Positions 1 to 14,506 of a stretch of DNA of 64,000 nt are shown one piece after another. The DNA is from Anaeromyxobacteraceae bacterium. Lineage in GTDB: Bacteria > Myxococcota > Myxococcia > Myxococcales > Anaeromyxobacteraceae. The stretch lies in the NCBI GenBank assembly GCA_032654565.1, contig JAULAX010000009.1:288001-352000 (forward strand), given 5' to 3'. Both the position numbers and the translations under genes were made by a program. Within the stretch, counting starts at the first letter, position 1; every line of letters begins with the position of its first letter. The notes under the pieces were generated by a model, which saw only the letters and a program-made list of their open reading frames with translations, searched no databases and was not told the origin of the DNA.

Positions 1-2421
1 CCCTGCGGCCGACACGTACTGCCACGGACCACAGGCCGCTACCGTGGAGATCTGGAGGTCGTAGTCGATGCCGGGCGGGACCGTGAGCTTCACGGTGAGG
101 CGGAGGGCGTCGGTGCAGGTGTTGAAGGGCACTGGCGCAGCGGGGCTGCACTCAGAAACATGAACCTTGAACCAGCCCTCGGTCGTGCCGGTCTGCGACA
201 GCAACTGGGTGCTGGTGTTGCTGCAAAGACCCAATCCACCTCTCTGGAGCTCCCCACAGGTCGTCCCCAGGTCCACCGGCGTGGCGCAGCTGGTGCTGGC
301 AGTGGTGTGGGAGAACTCGCAGCCGTTGGCGTCGTTCCCGTCGCAGCTGTCGAAGCCGGTGGTGCAGCCGGCGATCGCGCAGGACCCGGTGGCGCAGCTG
401 GCGGAGGCGTTGGCCCTGCTGCAGCCGATGGCGCAGCCGCCGCAGTCGGTGAGCGTGTTGATGGCCGTCTCGCAGCCGGTGGCGGGGCTCCCGTCGCAGT
501 TGGCGAAGCTGGCGTTGCAGGCGCCGACGTTGCATGCCCCCCCGGTGCAGGCGGCGGTGGCGTTGGGCAGGCTGCACGCCGAGCCGCAGCTCCCGCAGTT
601 GTCCGGATCGACCAGCGTGTTTCGACAGAGGCCGGCGCAGCAGGTGCCGCTGGCGCAGTCGGTGCCCAGGCTGCAGGCGCCCCCGTCCGGCCTCTTGCAG
701 GTCGAGGCGGCACAGGCGAAGCCCGCGGCGCAGTCGCCGTCCACGCTGCAGGAGGTCAGGCAGCTCCCGCTGCCGCCGCTGCAGGTGTAGGGGCTGCAGT
801 CCTGCACGCCGGTATCGAGGCAGGTCCCCGCTCCGTTGCAGGTGTCGGCCCGGTTGGCCGAGGTGGCGGAGGCGCAGAAAGGCGCGGCGCACTGGGTCCC
901 GTCCGGGTAGAGGCCGCAGCTCCGCGCGCCGGAGCAGGTCCCGCTCTGCCCGCAGGTCGCGGCCGCGTCGGCGGGGCACTCGTTGTCGGGGTCCTGGCCA
1001 AGCCCGATGGCGTTGCAGACACCGAGCCCTCCTGCCAGGTTGCACTTCTCGCAGGTCCCGGCGCAGCGCGATCCGCAGCAGACACCGTCGGTGCAGAAGC
1101 CGGTGCCACACTCGACGTCGGCGCTGCAGACCTGGCCGGCAGCCTTGAGCAGGCGGCAGGCTCCGCTGCTGCAGGTGATCCCGGCGGCGCAGTCGCTGTT
1201 CAGGGTGCAGCTGGACCGGCAGGCCCCGGACACGGCGTTGCAGGCGTAGGGAGCGCAGTCCGTCGTCCCGGCGTCGACGCAGGTGCCGCCACCGTTGCAG
1301 GTGTCTGCCGCCGCCGCCACCGTCGCCGACAGGCAGCTGGCCGGGGCGCAGACCGTGCCGCTGGAGTAGAGGGCGCAGCTGCGCGCCCCGGAGCAGGCGC
1401 CGGTCCCGCCACAGCTGGAGACGGGGTCGGCGGGGCACTCGGCCGAGGCCTGGCCGGCCGGGAACGGATCGCAGTGGCCGGCGCGGTTGGACTGGTTGCA
1501 GGCCTCGCAGGTGCCGCCACAGGCCGACTCGCAGCAGACGCCATCGGTGCAGAAGCCGGCGGCGCACTGCCCGTTGGCGCCGCAGGGCTCGCCGGCCGAC
1601 TTGAGGCAGGTGCCGGCGGCGCAGGTGCCGCCCGTGCAGTCGGCGTTGACGCCGCAGGCCGACCCGGAGCCACAGGGGGCGCAGGTGCCGCCGCAGTCGA
1701 CGGCGGTCTCGGTGCCGTCCTTGATGCCGTCGGCGCAGGTGGCGGGCCGGCAGGTGCCGGCCTGGCAGAGCTGGCTCACGCAGTCGTTGCCGCCGAGGCA
1801 GGCCTTGGTCAAGGCGCAGGGGGCGCAGTCCGGACCGCCGCAGTCGACGTCGGTCTCGGCCGCGTCCCTGGCCAGGTCGGCGCAGGTGGCCGGGCGACAG
1901 CTTCCTTCCTGGCAGGCGCCGCTGGCGCAGTCGGTGCCGCCCGCGCAGGTTCCGCCGAGCAGGCAGCCAGCGCAGCTGCCGCCGCAGTCGATGCCGGTCT
2001 CGTCGCCGTTCTTGACCGCGTCCAGGCAGGTCGGGGCGGCGCAGCTCCCGCTCGAGCAGACGCCGCTCCGGCAGTCGGCCGGCTGCCCGCAGGCGAGCCC
2101 GTCGGCGCAGGCGGCGCAGGTGCCGCCGCAGTCGACCGCCGTCTCCGAGCCGTTCTTCAGGCCGTCGAAGCAGTCGGGCGAGCGGCACGAGCCAGCGACG
2201 CAGGTGCCGCTCAGGCAGTCGGAGCCGCCAGTGCAGCCGCCGCCGTCGGCGCAGCGCGGACAGGTGGGGCCGCCGCAGTCGATGCCGGTCTCGGCCCCGT
2301 TCCTGGTCCCGTCGGTGCAGGTCGGCGCAGGCGGGGGCGGCGGTGCGCTGCTGCCTCCGCAGCCGGCGAGGAGGCTTCCGACCAGGATCGAGGCGAAGGA
2401 CCAGCGAGTAGCGTGGCGCAT
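1..2421 (-). CDS. Large cysteine-rich repeat lipoprotein (myxobacterial type), 3' end runs off the window
   Basis: Absent from the ORF track (no stop in window). Hand translation from ATG 2421 (GAGG upstream): [21 protein letters not shown] lipobox, five C-x-DG-xx-(N/D)G-x-ET-xx-DCGG-like repeats, two GFCTDGVCC repeats; same frame reads ...[14 protein letters not shown]...YVSAAG at base 1. Confidence 0.85.
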   Translation of the reverse strand, partial: MRHATRWSFASILVGSLLAGCGGSSAPPPPPAPTCTDGTRNGAETGIDCGGPTCPRCADGGGCTGGSDCLSGTCVAGSCRSPDCFDGLKNGSETAVDCGGTCAACADGLACGQPADCRSGVCSSGSCAAPTCLDAVKNGDETGIDCGGSCAGCLLGGTCAGGTDCASGACQEGSCRPATCADLARDAAETDVDCGGPDCAPCALTKACLGGNDCVSQLCQAGTCRPATCADGIKDGTETAVDCGGTCAPCGSGSACGVNADCTGGTCAAGTCLKSAGEPCGANGQCAAGFCTDGVCCESACGGTCEACNQSNRAGHCDPFPAGQASAECPADPVSSCGGTGACSGARSCALYSSGTVCAPASCLSATVAAAADTCNGGGTCVDAGTTDCAPYACNAVSGACRSSCTLNSDCAAGITCSSGACRLLKAAGQVCSADVECGTGFCTDGVCCGSRCAGTCEKCNLAGGLGVCNAIGLGQDPDNECPADAAATCGQSGTCSGARSCGLYPDGTQCAAPFCASATSANRADTCNGAGTCLDTGVQDCSPYTCSGGSGSCLTSCSVDGDCAAGFACAASTCKRPDGGACSLGTDCASGTCCAGLCRNTLVDPDNCGSCGSACSLPNATAACTGGACNVGACNASFANCDGSPATGCETAINTLTDCGGCAIGCSRANASASCATGSCAIAGCTTGFDSCDGNDANGCEFSHTTASTSCATPVDLGTTCGELQRGGLGLCSNTSTQLLSQTGTTEGWFKVHVSECSPAAPVPFNTCTDALRLTVKLTVPPGIDYDLQISTVAACGPWQYVSAAG

Positions 2422-2660
2422 GCGTTCCTCGATGCTGAAGGGTGAGACCCCGATCGGATTCGGAACAAGGTGGCACCCGCGCTTGATCTGCGTCAAGACG
2501 CATCTTCGCGGTACAGCCGCCCGGGCACCCCGGCTCGACAGGGAGCTCCCCGGTCCCGGGCTCCAGGCGCCCAGAACGTCGACGACCGCTCACCGGGAGG
2601 TGGCGGTCGCCGTCATGCGTTGCTGCGGTGCGCGGCGAGGCCGGTGGCCCCGCCGAACGC

Positions 2661-3254
2661 TCACTTGACCTGGAGCTGCTTGGCCAAGTCGGCGGCCTTG
2701 CGCTGCAGCTCGCCCGCCTCGGCCAGGGCGCCGTTCACGTCGGTCTCGGCGCGGGCCTTCAGCTTGGCCAGCCCCTCCTCGGCGGCGGCGTAGGCGCTCT
2801 TGGCCTGGGCCAGGGTGGCCTTGGTGATCCCCTTGGGGAGCTTCTTGGCCTTGCCGAGCGAGGTCAGCTTGGCCTTGATGGCGGAGAGCTGGCCGGGGAG
2901 CGCGGCGGTGGCGTCGGCGAAGGCCTTCTGCGCCGCGGCCAGGGCCCGGGCGGCCTCTTCCTTCTTGGCCTGGGCGGCGGCCACCGCCTCCTTCACCTTC
3001 CCGGTGACCTCGCCGGCCGCGGCCAGCGCCGCCTTGTACTCCTGCTTGGCGGCCTGCGTCTTGGCGGCGGAGAGGGCGTCCTTGGCGGCCTGCACCTGGA
3101 CCGGCGCCAGCTTCGCGACCTCCTCGGTGACCGAGGCCACGGCGGCCTCACCGGCCTTCAGGGCGGCCTCGGCGGGGGCCTTGGCGGCGTCGGTGCAGGC
3201 CGAGAGGAGGAGGAAGGGAGCGAGGGCCAGCGCCAGCGTGATCTTCCGGGTCAT
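2661..3254 (-). CDS. Ala/Lys-rich helical lipoprotein, unknown function
   Basis: Signal peptide with lipobox LLLSAC, GGAG upstream, amphipathic coiled-coil-like composition. Confidence 0.8.
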   Translation of the reverse strand: MTRKITLALALAPFLLLSACTDAAKAPAEAALKAGEAAVASVTEEVAKLAPVQVQAAKDALSAAKTQAAKQEYKAALAAAGEVTGKVKEAVAAAQAKKEEAARALAAAQKAFADATAALPGQLSAIKAKLTSLGKAKKLPKGITKATLAQAKSAYAAAEEGLAKLKARAETDVNGALAEAGELQRKAADLAKQLQVK

Positions 3255-3763
3255 GTCGTTCTCCGTGGTCGAGCCGCGTGCGGCGGCGCGGGGGTGACAC
3301 CGTTCTCGCAGCCCGGGGGGAGGCCGTCAACTTGGTGGAGGCGACGGGGAGCAAGAGGGTGCTTGGGGGCGGGAGAAGCCGCTCGACCAGACGGTGCCGT
3401 TGGGCAGAGGAGAAGCGCGGCGAGGGGCCGCGGGGTGGCGGGCGGCGCAGCGAGGGGAGCGGACCGCACCGAGGGCGTCACCCGCATTCCCGGATGGGAG
3501 GCGAGGCGGACGCGCCTGCGACCGTGACAACCGAACTCCGCGTCCCTGTTGGGTTATCTGCGCTTCTTGCTTGACGAGAATTCGCGCCGATTCGCGCACG
3601 GCGGTTGAAGTCATCAGGGAAGGGCCGGCTGGCGGCCCCTGGCTGCCGCTCCCGCGCGCCGCGCGGCGCCGACTGGGGTCGCGAGGTGCCGGTCACGAAC
3701 GCCGCCCCAGGCTCGAGAGTGTGCGTTTGGCAAGGCCCGAATTCTCCGTGAGACGATCGCCGC

Positions 3764-4987
3764 ATGAACTCACACGCGCACTCGCCCCCTTCCTCGGCCG
3801 CGGCCACCGCTTCGGCCTCCCCTTCTCTCGAACTCTCTGAAGCCCGGAAGCTCCGCGACGCCATCACCGCACTCCTCCGCCGGGAGCAGGCCGCCATGGC
3901 CGACTTCCTCATCGCCCTGTCCGACTTCGACCGGCGCCGGGGCTGGGAGGTGCTCGGACACGCCAGCCTCTTCGCCTTCATCAACTCGGAGCTGGGACTG
4001 ACGCCGGCTCCGACCTACTGGCGCGTCGAGGCCTCCCGCCTCCTCCAGCGCTTCCCCGACCTGGTCGAGCCGCTGCGCCAGGGGCAACTCTGTCTGACCA
4101 CCTTGGGCGAGCTGGCCAAGGTCCTGACCGAGGAGAACAGGGAGGCGGTTCTGCCCCGCTTCCTCTGCATTTCCTCCCGAGAGGCGAAGGAGATCGTGGC
4201 CGAGTTGCAGCCCCGGCCATCCCCCCCCATGCGGACAATCATCCGGCCCTTGGCGACCGGCCGCACCGACGATGCGGCGCTCGACCTGGCCCCCGAGCCA
4301 GCCCTCGGCGCTCCCGTCGACACGGACTCTGGGTCGCTTTGGGCGCCCAAAGTAGAACCGGCCGCCCCAATCGCCGGGGCTTCGCGCCGGGATGCGGTCG
4401 ATCCGCTCACCGCCGAGTTGAGCCGGCTCAGCACCACCGTCAGTCGCCGCTTCCTCCGGAAGCTCAAGACCGCCCGCGAGGGGCTCAGCCACGCCATCCC
4501 CGGCGCGACCACCGAGCAGGTGCTCGAGGCGGCGCTCGACCTGTTTCTGGAGAAGCAGGCCAGGGCGCGCGGGCAGGTGAAGCGGCCACGGACGAATCCG
4601 GTTTCCTCCACCCCTGCTCCATCCGCGGCTCCGCAACGGCCCTCGACGGAGCTGCCCTTCGCCGAGCCACTCCACCGGCGCACGGGGCCCCGCGAATCCA
4701 TCCCCGCCGCCGTCCGCCGGACCGTCTGGGAGCGCGACGCCGGGCGCTGCACCTGGCCGCTCGACTCGGGGGGCTGCTGCGGCTCGACGCACCGGCTCGA
4801 GCTCGACCACGTCGAGCCGTGGGCCAGGGACGGCGAGGCGACGGAGGAGAACCTCCGCCTGCTCTGCGCTGCTCACAACAGGTTGGCCGCGCGGCAGACC
4901 TTCGGGGCGCGGTGCGTGGAGCGGTATGCCGACGGTCGATCGGCGCGGCGGAAGGAGGGGTCAGAGGACAAGAACCGGCAACTATGA
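3764..4987 (+). CDS. HNH endonuclease with N-terminal helical (DUF222-like) domain
   Basis: C-terminal VWERDAGRC...C...ELDHVEPWARDGEATEENLRLLCAAHN motif. Confidence 0.85.
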   Translation: MNSHAHSPPSSAAATASASPSLELSEARKLRDAITALLRREQAAMADFLIALSDFDRRRGWEVLGHASLFAFINSELGLTPAPTYWRVEASRLLQRFPDLVEPLRQGQLCLTTLGELAKVLTEENREAVLPRFLCISSREAKEIVAELQPRPSPPMRTIIRPLATGRTDDAALDLAPEPALGAPVDTDSGSLWAPKVEPAAPIAGASRRDAVDPLTAELSRLSTTVSRRFLRKLKTAREGLSHAIPGATTEQVLEAALDLFLEKQARARGQVKRPRTNPVSSTPAPSAAPQRPSTELPFAEPLHRRTGPRESIPAAVRRTVWERDAGRCTWPLDSGGCCGSTHRLELDHVEPWARDGEATEENLRLLCAAHNRLAARQTFGARCVERYADGRSARRKEGSEDKNRQL

Positions 4988-5132
4988 AGCGAGGACCGTG
5001 GCCGGTTCCATGCTGCTCGCCCGAGGTCGAGGAGTCTGCCAGCGGTGCCGAAGTGCCATTCTGGCCTGAACACGGACGCAGCTGTCCCCTCCCTCCTCGC
5101 CCTCCCCTCCCCCTTCCGCTACAACTCCGCCG

Positions 5133-7718
5133 GTGGAACCGCTCCCCATCGACCCGCTCCTGCCCGAGATCGTGGCCGCGCTCCGCGCCGGCGGCTCGCT
5201 GGTCATCGAGGCGCCGCCGGGCGCCGGCAAGACCACCCGGGTCCCCGCCGCCATCCACGCCGCCGGCCTGGTGAAGGGCGAGGTGGTGGTGCTGGAGCCC
5301 CGCCGCCTGGCGGCCCGGCTGGCGGCGCGCCGGGTGGCCGAGGAGCTGGGCGAGCGGCCCGGCGAGACGGTCGGCTACCAGGTCCGCTTCGAGGACGTCT
5401 CCTCGGCCCGCACCCGCATCCGCTTCGTCACCGAGGGGCTGCTGCTGCGCCGCCTGCTCTCCGAGCCCACCCTCCCCGGCGTCGGCGCCGTCCTGCTCGA
5501 CGAGTTCCACGAGCGCCACCTGCACGGCGACCTGGCCCTGGCCCTGCTGCGCCGGCTGCAGCGGACCCGCCGCCCGGAGCTCAAGCTGGTGGCCATGTCG
5601 GCGACGCTCGACGCCGCGCCGGTGGCCGCCTTCCTCGGCGCCCCCACGCTCCGCTCCGAGGGGCGCCGCTTCGAGGTGGCCATCGAGCACCTGACCCCCG
5701 AGGAGGCGGCCCGCACCACCGACCGGCTCGAGGACCGGGTCGCCCGCGCCGTGAAGCGGCTGCTGCGCGAGGAGCCGGACGGCCACCTGCTGGTCTTCCT
5801 GCCGGGCGGCGCCGAGATCCGCTGGTGCGCGAGCAAGCTGGGCGGCCTGGCCGAGTCGGGCGTCGACGTGCTGGCGCTCCACGGCGACCTGAAGCCGGAG
5901 GAGCAGGACCGCGCCGTCCGCCCCTCCACCCGCCGCAAGGTGATCCTCTCCACCAACGTGGCCGAGACCTCGGTGACCATCGACGGGGTGGTGGCGGTGA
6001 TCGACTCCGGGCTGGCCCGCATCGCCTCGCACTCGCCGTGGTCCGGCCTGCCGACCCTGGAGGTGCGCAAGGTCTCGCGCGCCAGCGCCGCGCAGCGGGC
6101 CGGGCGGGCCGGCCGCACCCGCGCCGGCCGGGCGGTGCGGCTCTACACCCGCCACGACCACGACGCCCGGCCCGCCTACGAGACGCCCGAGGTGGAGCGC
6201 GAGGATCTCTCCGAGCCCTTCCTGGCCCTGGCCGGGCTCGGTGTGCTGGCCGCGCCGGACGGCTTCGAGTGGTTCGAGCCGCCCCCCGCCCCGTCGGCGG
6301 AGGCGGCCCGCACCCTGCTCGGCCGGCTCGGCGCCATCGAGCCCTCCGGCGCCATCACCCCGCTGGGGCGCCGGCTGCTGGCCCTGCCCGCCCACCCCCG
6401 CCTGGCCCGGCTGGCGGTCGAGGCGGCCGACCGCGGCGCCGCCGAGGGCGGGGCGCTGCTGGCGGCCCTGCTCGGCGAGCGCGACCTGCGCGACCGGCGC
6501 AGCCTCGACGGCCTCTCGCTGCCGGCCACCGGCCCCTCCGACCTGCTCGAGCTGGTGAGCGTCTTCGACGAGGCGGCCCGGGCCCGCTTCGACCCCGACC
6601 GCTGCAAGCGCTTCGGCATCAACGCCGGGGCGGCGCAGGCGGTCGACCGGGCCCGGCGGCAGCTGCGCGGCGCGCTGCGGGCGCCCCCCGCGGCCAGGGT
6701 CCTCTCCGGCGAGGCGGCCGAGCAGCCGCTGCTCATGGCCACGCTGGCCGCCTACCCCGACCGCGTGGCCCGGCGTCGCGCCCCCGGCTCCGACGAGGTG
6801 GTCCTGACCGGCGGCGGCAGCGCCCGGCTCGAGCCGGCCTCGGTGGTCCGCGAGGCCGAGCTGCTGGTGGCCATCGACGCCGAGGAGCGGCGCGGCGACC
6901 GGCCTCGGCCCGGGGTGACGCGCGCCGAGGCCCGGGTCCGGCTGGCCTCGGCGGTGACGCAGGAGATGCTGCTCGACCTCTTCCCGGCCTCGCTCCGCTA
7001 CGACACCGCGGTGAGCTGGAACGGCCAGGCCGAGCGGGTCGAAGCCACCGAGCGGCTGCTCTACCAGGACCTGGTGCTGGAGGAGTCGCGCGCCACCCAC
7101 CCCGACGCCGCGCTGGTGGCGGCCCGGCTGGCCGAGGAGGCGCGGTCGCGCGGCGCCCGGGCCTTCGCCGCCGATGGGGCGCTCGACCAGCTCATGGTCC
7201 GGCTGGCGCTGGTGGCCCGCTTCGCCCCCGACCTCGGCGCCACCCCGCCAGGCGAGGAGGCGCTGCAGGAGGCCCTCACCCGGAGCTGCGAGGGGCGGCG
7301 CAGCTTCGCCGAGCTGCGCGAGGCCGACCTGCCCGGGGCCCTGCTCGACCTGCAGCCCGGGCCGGTCCGGGCGGCGCTGGCCCGGCTGGCCCCCGAGCGG
7401 GTGGTCCTGCCGGGCGGCCGCGGGGTCGCCGTCCACTACGAGCCCGACAAGCCGCCCTGGATCGAGAGCCGGCTCCAGGACTTCTTCTCCATGGTGAAGG
7501 GGCCGGCGGTGGCCAACGGCGCCCTGCCGCTCACTCTCCACCTGCTGGCCCCCAACCTGCGGGCGGTGCAGGTGACCGGCGACCTCGCCGGCTTCTGGGA
7601 CCGCCACTACCCGGCCCTGCGCCGCGAGCTGTCGCGCCGCTACCCCCGCCACGCCTGGCCGGAGGATCCGCGGACCGCCCCGCCCCCTGCGCCGCTGCCG
7701 CCGCGCCACCGGCGCTGA
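5133..7718 (+). CDS. hrpB: ATP-dependent RNA helicase HrpB
   Basis: APPGAGKTT, DEFHER, MSAT, TNVAETSVTI, QRAGRAGR and the HrpB C-terminus RYPRHAWPEDP. Confidence 0.96.
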   Translation: MEPLPIDPLLPEIVAALRAGGSLVIEAPPGAGKTTRVPAAIHAAGLVKGEVVVLEPRRLAARLAARRVAEELGERPGETVGYQVRFEDVSSARTRIRFVTEGLLLRRLLSEPTLPGVGAVLLDEFHERHLHGDLALALLRRLQRTRRPELKLVAMSATLDAAPVAAFLGAPTLRSEGRRFEVAIEHLTPEEAARTTDRLEDRVARAVKRLLREEPDGHLLVFLPGGAEIRWCASKLGGLAESGVDVLALHGDLKPEEQDRAVRPSTRRKVILSTNVAETSVTIDGVVAVIDSGLARIASHSPWSGLPTLEVRKVSRASAAQRAGRAGRTRAGRAVRLYTRHDHDARPAYETPEVEREDLSEPFLALAGLGVLAAPDGFEWFEPPPAPSAEAARTLLGRLGAIEPSGAITPLGRRLLALPAHPRLARLAVEAADRGAAEGGALLAALLGERDLRDRRSLDGLSLPATGPSDLLELVSVFDEAARARFDPDRCKRFGINAGAAQAVDRARRQLRGALRAPPAARVLSGEAAEQPLLMATLAAYPDRVARRRAPGSDEVVLTGGGSARLEPASVVREAELLVAIDAEERRGDRPRPGVTRAEARVRLASAVTQEMLLDLFPASLRYDTAVSWNGQAERVEATERLLYQDLVLEESRATHPDAALVAARLAEEARSRGARAFAADGALDQLMVRLALVARFAPDLGATPPGEEALQEALTRSCEGRRSFAELREADLPGALLDLQPGPVRAALARLAPERVVLPGGRGVAVHYEPDKPPWIESRLQDFFSMVKGPAVANGALPLTLHLLAPNLRAVQVTGDLAGFWDRHYPALRRELSRRYPRHAWPEDPRTAPPPAPLPPRHRR

Positions 7719-7765
7719 GCGAGCCGCGCCGGGGCCGGGGCCGGGCGTTTTTCCGGTTCCGTTCG

Positions 7766-7794
7766 TTGACTCCATTTCCAACGCCGCGTACACA
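7766..7794 (+). promoter_or_regulatory. Putative sigma70 promoter of the MgtE-N/NRAMP operon
   Basis: TTGACT-N17-TACACA about 60 nt upstream of ATG 7857. Confidence 0.55.
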
Positions 7795-7856
7795 GGCCAA
7801 GGCTCGTTCGAGGCGAGCCGGGTGCGCCTGGCGGCGGCCGCGGACGGAGATTCGGC

Positions 7857-9140
7857 ATGGCCGAGACGGCAGCCCAGGGTGAGAACGCCGCCGACCCGCG
7901 CTTCCGCTTCCTCTCCTCGCTGCTGGGACGTCCGGTGCTCGCCCCCGACGGCTCCCGGCACGGCAGGCTCACCGACCTGGTGGTGGCGCTGGGCGAGCAC
8001 TACCCGCTGGTGGAGAGCCTCATCCTCAAGGGCCAGGCCGGCCGGCAGCAGTTCGCCTGGACCGCGGTGGAGCGGTTCGACGACACCGGGCTCACCCTCC
8101 GGGCCGACGCCGTCGGCTCGACGCCCCCGGAGCGGCCGCCCCCCGACCGCATCCCCCTGGCCGAGGAGATCCTCGACCGGCAGATCGTCGACGTCCACGA
8201 CGCCAAGCTGGTCCGGGTCAACGACCTGCACTTCCTCGAGCTCAAGGGGCAGCTGCGGGTCGCCCACGTCGACGTGGGGCTGCGCGGCCTGGTCCGGCGC
8301 ATGGGCTGGGAGCCGCTGGTCGACCGGACCCTGAGGCTGGTCCGGCCCGGCGCGCCGTACCTCAAGGCCGACCAGCTGGTCTCCTGGAAGCTGGTGCAGC
8401 CGCTCGACCAGTCGGCCGGCAAGGTCCGGCTGGAGGTGGCGCAGCGGCTGCTGGCCACGCTCCACCCCGCCGACCTCGCCGAGATCCTCGAGGACCTCGA
8501 CCACAACCAGCGGACCGTGCTGCTGGAGCGGCTCGACGTCGAGACCGCCGCCGACGCCCTCGAGGAGGCCAGCCCGGAGATGGCGGCCCAGCTGCTCGAG
8601 GAGGTGGCGCCGGAGAAGGCCGCCGACATCCTCGAGGAGATGGCCCCCGACGAGGCCGCCGACGTCCTCTCCGACCTGCCCGGCGAGACCCGCGACGAGG
8701 TGCTGGCGGCCATGGAGCGGCCCGAGGCGCGCGAGGTGGAGGCGCTGCTGGGCTACGCCCAGGACTCGGCCGGCGGCCTGATGACCCCGGACCGGCTGCA
8801 GCTGGCCCCGGAGCGGACCGTGGCCGACGCCGTCGCCGAGCTGCGGCGGCGCGACGAGGAGCTGCCGCTGGTCTACGAGATCTTCATCGCCGACGTCGAG
8901 GGCAAGCTGCTCGGCATCTGCACCCTGCGCGATCTCGTGCTCAACGAGCCGGCCACCCGGCTCGGCAGCATCATGCGCGAGCCCCCGGCGACGCTGGGGG
9001 TCCACGACCGGCTCCGCGACGTGGCCGCAGCCGCCGCCAAGTACAACCTGGTCTCGGTGGCGGTGGTCGACGCCGCCGGCACCATGCAGGGGATGGTGAC
9101 CGTGGACGACATCCTCGGCGAGGTCATCGATGGCCGCTGA
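7857..9140 (+). CDS. Soluble MgtE intracellular-domain protein (PRC-barrel-like, MgtE_N, CBS pair; no membrane domain)
   Basis: LHPADLAEILEDL, EEMAPDEAADVL, DSAGGLMT, GMVTVDDIL; ends without transmembrane helices. Confidence 0.88.
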   Translation: MAETAAQGENAADPRFRFLSSLLGRPVLAPDGSRHGRLTDLVVALGEHYPLVESLILKGQAGRQQFAWTAVERFDDTGLTLRADAVGSTPPERPPPDRIPLAEEILDRQIVDVHDAKLVRVNDLHFLELKGQLRVAHVDVGLRGLVRRMGWEPLVDRTLRLVRPGAPYLKADQLVSWKLVQPLDQSAGKVRLEVAQRLLATLHPADLAEILEDLDHNQRTVLLERLDVETAADALEEASPEMAAQLLEEVAPEKAADILEEMAPDEAADVLSDLPGETRDEVLAAMERPEAREVEALLGYAQDSAGGLMTPDRLQLAPERTVADAVAELRRRDEELPLVYEIFIADVEGKLLGICTLRDLVLNEPATRLGSIMREPPATLGVHDRLRDVAAAAAKYNLVSVAVVDAAGTMQGMVTVDDILGEVIDGR

Positions 9141-10398
9141 GGCCGCCGCCGAGCAGCGCCGCCTGCCCTTCAACCGGCGGGTCATGCTGTTCCTGGCGGT
9201 GCTGGGGCCCGGCCTGATCACCGCCAGCGTCGACAACGACGCCGGCGGCATCACCACCTACTCGGTGGCCGGCGCCACCTACGGCTACGACCTGCTCTGG
9301 TCGCTCATCCCCATCACCGTGGCCCTGGTGGTGGTGCAGGAGATGAGCGCCCGCATGGGCGTGGTCACCGGCAAGGGGCTCTCCGACCTGATCCGCGAGA
9401 ACTTCGGCGTCCGGATCACCTTCTGGATGTCGATCGCCCTGATCGTCGCCAACCTCGGCAACGTCATCGCCGAGTTCGCCGGGGTGGCGGCCAGCCTGCA
9501 GATCTTCGGCGTCCCGGTCTGGCTCTCGGTCCCGGCCGCGGCGGTGGCGGTCTGGCTGCTGGTGCTGAAGGGGACCTACCGCTCGGTGGAGAAGTTCTTC
9601 CTGGTGGCCTCGCTCTTCTACATCGCCTACCCCATCACCCTGTTCTTCGCCAAGCCGGACTGGGGCGAGCTCGGCACCGCCCTGGTGATGCCGCGCCTCC
9701 ACTCCGATGGCGCCTACATCGCCATGCTCATCGGCATGGTGGGCACCACCATCGCCCCCTGGATGCAGTTCTACCTGCAGGCGGCGGTGGTCGAGAAAGG
9801 CATCAAGCCGGAGCAGTACGGCATGTCTCGGCTCGACGTCATCGCCGGCTGCATCGTCACCGACGTGGTGGCCTTCGCCATCGTGGTGGCCTGCGCCGCC
9901 ACCCTCCACGTGGCCGGGGTGCAGGTGGAGACCGCCGGCCAGGCGGCCATGGCGCTGCAGCCGCTGGCGGGCAAGTACGCCTCCTGGCTCTTCGCCTTCG
10001 GCCTCTTCAACGCCAGCTTCTTCGCCGCCGCCATCCTGCCGCTCTCCACCGCCTACTACGTCTGCGAGGCCTTCGGCTGGGAGTCGGGCGTGGACCGCAA
10101 GTACGGCGAGGCCCGGCAGTTCTACTGGCTCTACACCTCGCTGCTGGTGATCGGCGCCGCGGTGGTGCTCTGGCCGAAGCTGCCGCTGGTGCCCATCATG
10201 CTGGTGTCGCAGGTGCTCAACGGCATGCTGCTGCCCTTCATCCTCATCTTCATGCTCCTCCTCATCAACAAGGAGAAGCTGATGGGGGAGTGGCGCAACG
10301 GCCGCTGGTTCAACGCCGTGGCCTGGACCACCACGGCGGTGATGATCCTGCTGACCGCCTACCTGGTGGCCATCAGCGTCCGCGACCTGCTGGTGTAG
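9130..10398 (+). CDS. NRAMP-family divalent metal transporter (Mg2+-type subfamily)
   Basis: GPGLITASVDNDAGG, QEMSARMGVVTGKG, GTTIAPWMQF; many hydrophobic helices; overlaps the upstream gene. Confidence 0.9.
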   Translation: MAAEAAAEQRRLPFNRRVMLFLAVLGPGLITASVDNDAGGITTYSVAGATYGYDLLWSLIPITVALVVVQEMSARMGVVTGKGLSDLIRENFGVRITFWMSIALIVANLGNVIAEFAGVAASLQIFGVPVWLSVPAAAVAVWLLVLKGTYRSVEKFFLVASLFYIAYPITLFFAKPDWGELGTALVMPRLHSDGAYIAMLIGMVGTTIAPWMQFYLQAAVVEKGIKPEQYGMSRLDVIAGCIVTDVVAFAIVVACAATLHVAGVQVETAGQAAMALQPLAGKYASWLFAFGLFNASFFAAAILPLSTAYYVCEAFGWESGVDRKYGEARQFYWLYTSLLVIGAAVVLWPKLPLVPIMLVSQVLNGMLLPFILIFMLLLINKEKLMGEWRNGRWFNAVAWTTTAVMILLTAYLVAISVRDLLV

Positions 10399-10424
10399 CC
10401 CCGGCCGCCGGCGCGCCGCCCCGC

Positions 10425-14499
<4,075 letters not shown>

Positions 14500-14506
<7 letters not shown>

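Noticed and set aside
1680..2330. Regularly spaced repeats (GCCGCCGCAGTCGA...GTCTC) resembling a CRISPR array
   Set aside because: They are degenerate at third codon positions and encode the DCGG protein repeats; no cas genes.
7795..7856. Possible Mg2+/Mn2+ riboswitch before the MgtE-N/NRAMP operon
   Set aside because: The leader is only about 55 nt with one hairpin, too short for an M-box or yybP-ykoY element.
4485..9257. 1590-aa minus-strand ORF and similar giant ORFs (47033-51634, 51646-55347, 56363-60490, 18398-21400, 152-2593)
   Set aside because: Antisense or frame-shifted shadows of well-supported genes; stops are rare at this GC content and the translations are low-complexity R/G/A/P with no motifs.
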